Below, piece after piece: positions 57,092 through 64,000 of a DNA stretch of 64,000 nucleotides. The translations under genes and the position numbers were made by a program. The notes under the pieces are model-generated. The model made no database searches and was not told the DNA's origin. It saw nothing but the letters and a program-made list of their open reading frames with translations. Positions within the stretch are counted from its first letter, which is position 1. The number at the start of each line of letters is the position of its first letter. Source of the DNA: Chloroflexota bacterium (GTDB lineage Bacteria > Chloroflexota > UBA11872 > UBA12225); assembly GCA_009693165.1 (NCBI GenBank), contig SHXX01000005.1, forward strand, positions 1,022 through 65,021, given 5' to 3'.

Positions 57092-58315
57092 TCAGCCGGC
57101 CGGCGACTGGTCCCCGATGAAACCCATGGCTCCCGGTGTAGCCTCGATTTCGGATGTTGTCTCGGTTCCGATCACGTTCGTGCGGAAGTACTCGAAGAGC
57201 TGCCGTTCATTGCGGAACCATCGGGTGCAGTAGCGGGTGAAGAACGGGCTTGGTGGTGACGACGGTAACCACACCGCGTAGACACGCTTGCCCCGGTGGA
57301 TGGCGTCCTTCATTTCGCAGATCACACCCGCCGACAGCGTCGTGGTCGGGTAGTAGACGACCACGATCTGTGACTGGTCGATCAGTTTGTAATCGCGGTC
57401 AACGATCTGGCCGTCGACGTGGGTCAGGTTCTCCGGATTGACTGGTCGTCCACCGTCGGCGTCGCCGGCTTCGCGGGCATCCAGTAGGAGGTCCCGGGCG
57501 CGTCCGGTCTTGTGCGACGTGCCCCCGACCCCCCGGAGCGCGGCGTTTGCGTCCTCGGGCGTGCTGCGCGCGGTTGCGCTTCCGTCGGAAAAGCCAATCG
57601 CGCCTTCCCGGTCCCTTGAATAGTCATCGACGGCCGCCGGGTCGAAGACCACGACATGTTCCCGAAGTTCCTGCCGGAAGTCCTCCAGTTTGGTGAACAG
57701 GTCGGCCCCCTCGAAGTGGGTCATCGGATAGCTCAGGTATGCCGTCGGCGTCTTGGGTTCGAACATCAGGCGGAACAACGTGTCCGGGCCCTGGTTGCGT
57801 CCGATCAGGAAGTGCGGTTTCCGCTGCCACGCCGCCATCATCTCGGTCGCCGACCGTTCGACGTCGCGCCACCAGAGGAGGTTGTTGATGGTGACGGTGC
57901 GCCAGCGTTCCTCGGTGAGGCGCTGCCGGATGGCCAGGATCCCGTCGGTGATGGTCACGTACGCATCCGGTTGCAACTGGGTCAGGTAATAGACATCAAG
58001 GCCGGGAACCACCGAGTAATTCCATGAGAAGGTGGCATGGGTGACGATCAGCCACGGTTCATCCGCGGGGAGATCCCGGACGGCGGCGAGGATGCGTTCC
58101 ATCGCGGCGGCGCGGTACGCTCCGAGTGCCGTGGGGAAGACGTCAAGGACCGTCTCCTCCTGCAGGTCGTCACCGCGTTCGTGGGCGAGGTGGAACATGA
58201 TCTCGCGGACATCGAACACGCGCAGCCGGCGTCCGTGTGCCTCGGCATGGCGCCGGACCGCGTTGACGTAACTTGTCCGTCCGGAACCAGACATCCCGGT
58301 GCAAAGCACGTTCAT
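57092..58315 (-). CDS. Fusion protein: archaeal-type adenylate-kinase-like P-loop domain plus nucleoside 2-deoxyribosyltransferase/TIR-like domain
   Basis: Start is ATG 58315, 6 nt after GGGAG. The N-terminal half has VLCTGMSGSGRTSY (Walker A with Arg in place of Lys) and THATFSWNYSVVPGLDVYY (compare the archaeal AdkA THA...PGLP). The C-terminal half has AYLSYPM ... SQIVVVYYPTTTLSAGVICEMKDAIHRGKRVYAVW. Confidence 0.7.
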   Translation of the reverse strand: MNVLCTGMSGSGRTSYVNAVRRHAEAHGRRLRVFDVREIMFHLAHERGDDLQEETVLDVFPTALGAYRAAAMERILAAVRDLPADEPWLIVTHATFSWNYSVVPGLDVYYLTQLQPDAYVTITDGILAIRQRLTEERWRTVTINNLLWWRDVERSATEMMAAWQRKPHFLIGRNQGPDTLFRLMFEPKTPTAYLSYPMTHFEGADLFTKLEDFRQELREHVVVFDPAAVDDYSRDREGAIGFSDGSATARSTPEDANAALRGVGGTSHKTGRARDLLLDAREAGDADGGRPVNPENLTHVDGQIVDRDYKLIDQSQIVVVYYPTTTLSAGVICEMKDAIHRGKRVYAVWLPSSPPSPFFTRYCTRWFRNERQLFEYFRTNVIGTETTSEIEATPGAMGFIGDQSPAG

Positions 58316-58418
58316 CCCGTTGCTCCCTGTCACGTTCCCCGATGCACTGACGGCCAGTCCTCCGGCGCGCGCGGTCCCGGCATGGTCAGGTGACCGGCCG
58401 GCATTTCCACCAGATCGC

Positions 58419-58448
58419 TTGACGCCTATCTGGGTGGGGGGCTAGAGT
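58419..58448 (+). promoter_or_regulatory. Candidate promoter of the SOD gene (TTGACG-18-TAGAGT)
   Basis: TTGACG at 58419-58424 and TAGAGT at 58443-58448, about 55 nt upstream of ATG 58503. Confidence 0.3.
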
Positions 58449-58502
58449 TGAATGGTATCCGTCGCGCCGGGTGTTTTGGCGCTGCAACAAGGGGAACGAA
58501 CG

Positions 58503-59096
58503 ATGCCGTTTACCGTCAAGGATCTCACCTACGCCAAGGATTCGCTCGAGGGAATCTCGCAGAAGACGATCGAGGCCCATCATGACCGCCTCTACGCCGG
58601 ATACGTGAACAAGCGCAACGAGATCGATGCAGCCCTTCCCAAGGCAGACAAGTCCAAGGCGGCTGCGACCTACAGCGAGTACCGCGCCCTGAAGCTTGAG
58701 GAGACCTTCAACGCCGACGGCCAGATCCTGCACGAACTCTACTTCGCGCATCTGGGCGGGCACGGTGGCAAGCCATCAGGCGCCCTTCTCACTCAAATTG
58801 AGCACGACTTCGGATCCTTCGAGGAGTTCGTCGCCGACGTGACCGCTTGCGGGATGGCGTCGCGCGGGTGGGCCACGGTTGCCTACGATCCCACCGACGG
58901 AAAGATCCACAGTTTCCTTGGTGATGCGCACAATCATGGTGGTGTCTGGGGGGCGGTGCCGCTCATGACCCTCGATGTCTACGAGCATGCGTACTTCATG
59001 GACTATGGCACTGCCCGCGCCGAGTACATCAAGGCGTTCTGGAAGAACGTCGACTGGTCGGTTGTCGAGAAGGCGTTCGCCCAGGTCAAGCACTGA
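58503..59096 (+). CDS. Fe/Mn-family superoxide dismutase
   Basis: MPFTVKDLTYAKDSLEGISQKTIEAHHDRLYAGYV, with the signature DVYEHAYFMDY. Confidence 0.93.
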   Translation: MPFTVKDLTYAKDSLEGISQKTIEAHHDRLYAGYVNKRNEIDAALPKADKSKAAATYSEYRALKLEETFNADGQILHELYFAHLGGHGGKPSGALLTQIEHDFGSFEEFVADVTACGMASRGWATVAYDPTDGKIHSFLGDAHNHGGVWGAVPLMTLDVYEHAYFMDYGTARAEYIKAFWKNVDWSVVEKAFAQVKH

Positions 59097-59130
59097 GCCG
59101 GATCGCCTTTCCAGGCTTTTGGAATTGTCC

Positions 59131-59156
59131 GGCCCGGAGTGGAAGCGCTCCGGGCC
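59131..59156 (+). terminator. Possible weak terminator hairpin after the SOD gene
   Basis: GGCCCGGAG-TGGAAGCG-CTCCGGGCC, then GTTACATTT. Confidence 0.35.
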
Positions 59157-59234
59157 GTTACATTTCCCCGCGGTACCGGTTCCCGGACCCGTCGGGGATT
59201 GCACAGTGACCGTGTGACGCCCGACAATCGGGCC

Positions 59235-60500
59235 ATGACAGTTGCATCAGGCCGCGCTGACCGTCCGGACGCGGATGCGCGCGCCCGGGCTACCCACCCG
59301 GACTACGCGGGCTTGTTTGCCAGGCGCGTTGCCGAGGCGGGTCCACCGCTCATGCGCGCGGGTGCGGGAGGAACCGCCGGCGTCATTCCCCTGACGTACG
59401 GATTCCCGGACCCCGGTTCGTTCCCGGTCGCCGACCTGATCGAGGCATCCCGTGCCGTCCTGGCCGGCAACGCCGCGAATGCACTGCAGTACGGACCGAT
59501 TGCCGGGCCAGTGGCGATGCTCAACCTGCTGGTCGCGAAGCTTGCCGGTGAGGGCATTTCGGTCACGCACGACAACCTTGTCGTGACGTCCGGCGGGTCA
59601 CAGGGCATCGACCTCGTGACCCACCTTGTCATCAATCCCGGGGACACCATGCTGGTCGAGGCCCCGACCTTCATCGGCGCGCTCCAGACCTTCCGCAATG
59701 CCGAGGCAAACCTGCTTGAGGTTCCAATCGACGACCACGGGCTTGATGTCGGTGCGCTCGAGACCGTCCTGCGCCAGGCCCGCGCCAGGGGTGTGCGCCC
59801 AAAGCTCCTCTACACCATCCCGACCTTCCACAATCCCGCTGGGGTCACGCTCTCGGCCGAACGGCGCCCGCGGGTCATCGACCTGGCGCGCGGATACGGG
59901 TTCCTGATCCTCGAGGACGACGCCTACAGCGAACTCCGGTTTGCGGGCCACCCGTTGCCGTCGCTGTATTCCCTGGACCCGGATGGTTGCGTGATCCAGG
60001 TGCGCACCTTCTCGAAAATCCTCGCGGCTGGCCTGCGCCTTGGCTACCTCGTCACGCCCGCGCCCCTGCTTTCGCGGTTGCTGCAACTCAAGGTGGATGT
60101 GGGGACCAGCCCATTCGGCAATCACGTCGCCGCGACGTATGCGGCCGATGCCGCGTCCCCGACAGGGAGGCTGGACGCGCACATCACCGACCTCCGCGCC
60201 ATCTACCGGCAACGGCGCGACGCGATGCTCGGCGCCCTCGCGGAGTACGCCCCCGATGGGGTGACGTGGACGGTTCCCGAGGGTGGATTCTTCACCTGGC
60301 TGACCTTGCCAGAGGGCACGGACGCGGCGACGCTTGCCCCCCGTGCACAAGCGGCTGGGGTCAGTTTCATCCCCGGGGTGAGCTACTTCGCCGGTGGCGG
60401 CGGGGCGAGGAACCTTCGGCTCGCCTTCAGTTACCTTCCCCCCGACCAGCTTGTGGAGGGTGTCCGAAGACTGATGATGGTGGTGTCCGGAACGGCCTGA
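59235..60500 (+). CDS. PLP-dependent aminotransferase, class I/II (2-aminoadipate/aromatic aminotransferase-like)
   Basis: Has YGPIAGP, TSGGSQGIDL, LEDDAYSELRF, and the PLP-lysine context RTFSKILAAGLRLGY. The start is uncertain because the RBS is weak. Confidence 0.85.
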   Translation: MTVASGRADRPDADARARATHPDYAGLFARRVAEAGPPLMRAGAGGTAGVIPLTYGFPDPGSFPVADLIEASRAVLAGNAANALQYGPIAGPVAMLNLLVAKLAGEGISVTHDNLVVTSGGSQGIDLVTHLVINPGDTMLVEAPTFIGALQTFRNAEANLLEVPIDDHGLDVGALETVLRQARARGVRPKLLYTIPTFHNPAGVTLSAERRPRVIDLARGYGFLILEDDAYSELRFAGHPLPSLYSLDPDGCVIQVRTFSKILAAGLRLGYLVTPAPLLSRLLQLKVDVGTSPFGNHVAATYAADAASPTGRLDAHITDLRAIYRQRRDAMLGALAEYAPDGVTWTVPEGGFFTWLTLPEGTDAATLAPRAQAAGVSFIPGVSYFAGGGGARNLRLAFSYLPPDQLVEGVRRLMMVVSGTA

Positions 60501-60677
60501 CTTGGGTTGCCAGGTAGTTATGATGAGTCGGGGTTGGGTCGGTGACCGTTCCGCGGCCGCGGATGACCAAGCGATTACTCTTCATCGCCGGTCTGTCCTG
60601 ATTGTGGTAGAACAGATATTCTAGAGTGGTGGTTGATCCACGCAAGTGGGTACTTTCCGGATCCGGTGGAGGCGACG

Positions 60678-63086
60678 ATGACGGCGGTGCAGAGCGGGAC
60701 GGTGACAACGGTGCAGGACAGCGGAGCCGTGCCGGTTCCCGAGGTCGGGCGGACCATGCTTGAAGGGATCCGCGGGAAGGTCTTCTCGGACCGGTATGCC
60801 CTGAAGAACGAGCGTGGGGAGCCAATCGAGCACACGCCGGAAGAGATGTGGGCGCGCGTCGCCCGTGGCATCGCCGCGGTCGAGAGCACGCCGGAGCAGC
60901 AGCAGTACTGGGAGGGACGCTTCTACGAGGTCCTGAGCGATTTCAAGTTCGTCCCCGGCGGGCGGATTCTCGCGGGTGCGGGAACCGGCCACAAGGTCAC
61001 CTACTACAACTGCTACGTCATCCCGAGCCCCGAAGACAGCCGCGGTGGCATCCTGGACAACCTCAAGGTCATGACCGAGATCATGGCGCGGGGGGGTGGC
61101 GTGGGGATCAACCTCTCGAGCCTCCGTCCGCGCGGGTCGTACATCAAGACCGTCAACGGCACCGCTTCCGGACCGTGTTCATGGGCCGAACTCTATTCCG
61201 TCGCGACCGGTGACGTGATCCAGCAGGGCGGATCGCGCCGTGGCGCCCTGATGCTGATGATCGACGACAGCCATCCGGACGTCGAGGAGTTCATCAACGT
61301 CAAGCGCGACCTCAAGCGCATCAATCACGCCAACCTGTCCGTCTGCGTCTCCGATCCGTTCATGGCCGCCGTCAAGGCCGATGCTTCGTGGGACCTGGTG
61401 TGGAACGGCGAGGTCAAGAAGACCATCCGGGCGCGTGACCTCTGGAACCAGATCTGCCACGCCGCCTGGTCGGCCGGTGAACCGGGCCTCGTCTTCATCG
61501 ACCGCTACAACACCGAAGCGAACACCTGGTACTACGAGAAGATCATCTGCGTGAACCCGTGCGGGGAGCAGGGCCTTCCCGAATGGGGGGTCTGCAACCT
61601 CGGCGCGATCAACCTCTCGCAGTTCGTCCGTGACCGGGTCGATGGCGCACCGGGCACCTTCGATTACGACGCGCTTGCGGCAACGGCGCGCGTGGCCATG
61701 CGGTTCCTGGACAACGTCGTTGACGCGAACCTCTATTTCATCGAAGAGAACGCCAAGGCGCAGTTGAGCACGCGTCGCACCGGTCTGGGCACGATGGGCC
61801 TGGCCGACGCCCTCATCAAGATGCAGTTGCCGTACGGGTCGCCCGAGTGCCTCGCGACCGTCGAGCGCATCTATGCCACGATCCGCGACCACGCCTACGA
61901 TGCGTCGGCCGACCTCTCGGCTGAGAAGGGTCCGTTCCCGATGTTCGATCGGGAGAAGTACCTGCAGGGCCGTTTCATCCAGCGGTTGCCCAAGGAGATC
62001 CGGGCGCGCGTGGCCGAGCATGGCATCCGCAACGCCGTCCTCCTCACCCAGGCGCCGACCGGCACGACGTCGCTGCTGTCGGGAGTGTCCTCGGGAATTG
62101 AGCCGGTGTACGACTTCGCGATGCGTCGGCGCGACCGGACGGGTGAGCACATCATCTACCACCCGCTTCTGCAGGCGTGGCGTGATGCGAACCCGCTGGC
62201 AGCGTACACCGAGAAACCCGGGTGGTTCGTCTCGGCGAATGACCTGACGCCTGAGCAACACGTGCGTGTGCAGGCGACGGTGCAGGCATACACCGATTCC
62301 AGCATCTCGAAGACCGTGAATGCCCCGAACGACCACACGGTTGACCAGGTCGAGACCCTCTACATGATGGCCTACGACCTCGGGTGCAAGGGCGTCACCT
62401 ATTTCCGTGATGGCTGCCGGGAGGGGGTTCTCTCGCACATCGATCCGCCGGGCGCACCGGAGAAGCCGGCCACCCCGGCGCCGTCAGAGGCGCGCGTCGA
62501 GACCGAGGCCGTCCAGTTGGGGCTTGGGATCCCTGATCACGCCTCATCGCACCTGCATCCACGCCCACGGGCTGCCGAAGGGGTGACCTACCGGATGCCG
62601 ACCCCGCTTGGCACGATGTTCACCACGATCACCCGCAACCCGGGTGGCCAGCCGTTCGAGGTGTTCATGCAGGTGGGCAAGGCGGGTAGCGACACCGCAT
62701 CGGTCACCGAGGCTCTCGGCCGGCTGATCTCGCTCATCCTTCGCCTCCCGTCGGCATTGCCACCGGCGGATCGCCTCCAGGAGGTCGTTGACCAGCTCAG
62801 TGGCATCGGCGGTGGGCGCCAACTGGGCATCGGGCGGAACCGGGTGCGGTCCCTGCCGGATGCGGTGGCACAGGTGCTTGCCGAGTTCCTCGGAAGCGAC
62901 GCACCACCTGCCGACGCACCGCATCGCACCGCACCGGCAGCCACTCCGGTCCCGGCGGTGGTCTCCCCGGCGTCAGCCCCATCGCGGACGATGAAGGCCG
63001 ACCTCTGCCCCGAGTGCGGCGATGCGGCACTGGTGTCCGAGGAAGGTTGCCAGAAGTGCTACTCGTGCGGGTTCAGTGAGTGCTGA
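60678..63086 (+). CDS. nrdJ: Adenosylcobalamin-dependent (class II) ribonucleotide reductase
   Basis: Start is ATG 60678 behind GGTGGAGG. Has YNCYVIP, the VNPCGEQGLPEWGVCNLG thiyl-Cys loop, and SKTVNAPNDHT. The C-terminal zinc ribbon is CPECG...CQKCYSCG. Confidence 0.92.
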   Translation: MTAVQSGTVTTVQDSGAVPVPEVGRTMLEGIRGKVFSDRYALKNERGEPIEHTPEEMWARVARGIAAVESTPEQQQYWEGRFYEVLSDFKFVPGGRILAGAGTGHKVTYYNCYVIPSPEDSRGGILDNLKVMTEIMARGGGVGINLSSLRPRGSYIKTVNGTASGPCSWAELYSVATGDVIQQGGSRRGALMLMIDDSHPDVEEFINVKRDLKRINHANLSVCVSDPFMAAVKADASWDLVWNGEVKKTIRARDLWNQICHAAWSAGEPGLVFIDRYNTEANTWYYEKIICVNPCGEQGLPEWGVCNLGAINLSQFVRDRVDGAPGTFDYDALAATARVAMRFLDNVVDANLYFIEENAKAQLSTRRTGLGTMGLADALIKMQLPYGSPECLATVERIYATIRDHAYDASADLSAEKGPFPMFDREKYLQGRFIQRLPKEIRARVAEHGIRNAVLLTQAPTGTTSLLSGVSSGIEPVYDFAMRRRDRTGEHIIYHPLLQAWRDANPLAAYTEKPGWFVSANDLTPEQHVRVQATVQAYTDSSISKTVNAPNDHTVDQVETLYMMAYDLGCKGVTYFRDGCREGVLSHIDPPGAPEKPATPAPSEARVETEAVQLGLGIPDHASSHLHPRPRAAEGVTYRMPTPLGTMFTTITRNPGGQPFEVFMQVGKAGSDTASVTEALGRLISLILRLPSALPPADRLQEVVDQLSGIGGGRQLGIGRNRVRSLPDAVAQVLAEFLGSDAPPADAPHRTAPAATPVPAVVSPASAPSRTMKADLCPECGDAALVSEEGCQKCYSCGFSEC

Positions 63087-63112
63087 CCCCCGGGGCGCAA
63101 ATGCGACCAACG

Positions 63113-63157
63113 CCAGCAGGCCCCGCACCACTGGTGCGGGGCCTGCTGGTTTTTCTC
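63113..63157 (+). terminator. Strong rho-independent terminator after nrdJ
   Basis: CCAGCAGGCCCCGCACC-ACT-GGTGCGGGGCCTGCTGG followed by TTTTTCTCC. Confidence 0.88.
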
Positions 63158-63226
63158 CTCCTACGACGGGTGCCATCGTTGCTGCTCATCCCTACATGAC
63201 GCGACCATGGCACCCGAGCACCCGGC

Positions 63227-63625
63227 CTATTCGACAATGATCTTGCCGACCATGCCGGCTTCCCTGTGGCCTGGCTGGGTGCAGATGATCGCGTAGGTTC
63301 CAGGCTTGGGGGCCATGAACGTCCCGGCCTGTTCCTTGCCGGCGCCGAGGTTGACCAGCTTGGCGTTCCGCGTGCCACCCTCGGTGACGAGGTCGTGCGG
63401 AAGCATGCCGGCATTCCTGAAGGTGATCTTGACTGGCGCGCCCGCCTTGACGGTGATCGTTTCGGGGTTGAACTTCATCGTGTCAAGCCCGACGATGGTG
63501 GTTGACGTACCCGCCCCGGCGCCGGCATCGCCGCCACCGGCTGCCCCACTCCCGGCCCCGCCACCGCACGCTGCCAACAGCACCGCGCCGGCAATTGCCG
63601 CCGCTTGCCATTCCCGCCTAATCAT
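63227..63625 (-). CDS. Cupredoxin (plastocyanin/azurin-like blue copper) lipoprotein
   Basis: Has the lipobox AVLLAACGG, a Gly/Ala linker, and type-1 Cu ligands PHD ... CTQPGHREAGM. GGGAGG lies 7 nt upstream of ATG 63625. Confidence 0.88.
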   Translation of the reverse strand: MIRREWQAAAIAGAVLLAACGGGAGSGAAGGGDAGAGAGTSTTIVGLDTMKFNPETITVKAGAPVKITFRNAGMLPHDLVTEGGTRNAKLVNLGAGKEQAGTFMAPKPGTYAIICTQPGHREAGMVGKIIVE

Positions 63626-63662
63626 TTGCTTGCCTCCCGTCCGGTGCGTCGTCGCTGCGTCA

Positions 63663-63698
63663 CGCCGGACTTTGTGAAGACTATCACAAAGTCCGGCG
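63663..63698. promoter_or_regulatory. 15-bp perfect inverted repeat containing TGTGA-N6-TCACA (CRP/FNR-family-type site, or a 5' hairpin)
   Basis: CGCCGGACTTTGTGA-AGACTA-TCACAAAGTCCGGCG, centred about 55 nt upstream of the cupredoxin start codon. Confidence 0.5.
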
Positions 63699-64000
63699 CG
63701 CCATGCGGGGGTCTCGGGCCGTCATGCGCATGACCCCGACTGGGCGGGTGCGAGATCGCGGAGGCGACGCACAACCCCGGCTGCGTTACGGAACCATCGG
63801 GCCGTCATTGCGTTGCTAGTAGGGATGCGGCATGCCCGAGGCGGGGTGTGCCAGTTCCTGTTGGTGGGGTTGCGGGGACCGTGAATGACGCGTGCAAGGT
63901 TGCAACTTGGATAACGTGACCGGCGACGGACCGCAGAAGGGGCACGGAAACGTGGACCCGCGGGAGTCCATGCCTCCCGTACCGCCGGCGAACACGTCCC

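Noticed and set aside
60590-60640. AT-rich patch with TAGAA-N6-TTCTA upstream of nrdJ, considered as an NrdR box or a cobalamin riboswitch.
   Set aside because: It does not fit my recollection of the 16-bp NrdR palindrome (acaCwAtATaTwGtgt), and there is no second box at the usual spacing. I also saw no B12-box-like GCCACTG core. It may just be promoter DNA (TAGAGT is -10-like).
63700-64000. Possible coding sequence at the window end. Minus-strand frames are open for 180-280 nt; one reads ...DVFAGGTGGMDSRGSTFPCPFCGPSPVT with GC-rich third positions. There is also a plus-strand ATG at 63969 after GGGAG.
   Set aside because: It is too short and truncated by the window edge, with conflicting frames and no recognisable motif. 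It was left unannotated.

Overview
GC-rich bacterial chromosomal window with about 55 tightly packed protein genes. All calls come from reading the sequence and the ORF track; no searches were run. Most of it is housekeeping. On the minus strand: a pyrimidine operon (pyrR-pyrB-pyrC-carA-carB), a LIV-type branched-chain amino-acid ABC transporter, and rnj-ftsK-cinA. Elsewhere: rpsU, a primary-type sigma factor, rpmE-prfA-prmC, moeA, rpsO-pnp, dapB-dapA, a family-4 uracil-DNA glycosylase, Fe/Mn SOD, class II ribonucleotide reductase and a cupredoxin. Many track ORFs are over-extended at the 5' end (GTG/TTG are shown as M), so I trimmed them to conserved N-termini with Shine-Dalgarno support. I found no rRNA, tRNA, CRISPR array, transposase, integrase or phage gene. 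Gene order and protein features fit a GC-rich Terrabacteria lineage (Chloroflexota/Thermomicrobia-like or Actinomycetota-like); this is inference only. Two stretches look accessory.

(1) 28.3-41.4 kb:
- a histidine kinase broken by at least three frame disruptions
- a divergent LuxR-type regulator with a degenerate receiver, and an orphan Flp pilin
- an intact OmpR/HK pair
- a same-strand string of an orphan 172-aa protein, a 784-aa MacA/HlyD adaptor with about 480 aa of tandem helical repeats, MacB ATPase, MacB permease, a secreted Gly/Pro/Ala-rich repeat protein and a signal peptidase I

(2) 53.4-58.3 kb:
- a small two-TM ORF disrupted by an 8-bp tandem duplication
- two divergent cupins
- a dehydrogenase, small-protein and tandem-GNAT string
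- a 407-aa fusion of an archaeal-type adenylate-kinase-like P-loop domain (Walker A Lys replaced by Arg) to a nucleoside 2-deoxyribosyltransferase/TIR-like domain

The fusion gene and the MacAB-plus-secreted-protein-plus-LepB string are my best candidates for undescribed biology. Neither is proven. Smaller signals are a PyrR-type leader, a perfect TGTGA-N6-TCACA palindrome upstream of the cupredoxin, Gly/Arg-rich tails on several proteins, and a C-terminal QLPLL clamp-like motif on the glycosylase. The last 300 nt (63700-64000) are open in several frames and I could not call them.
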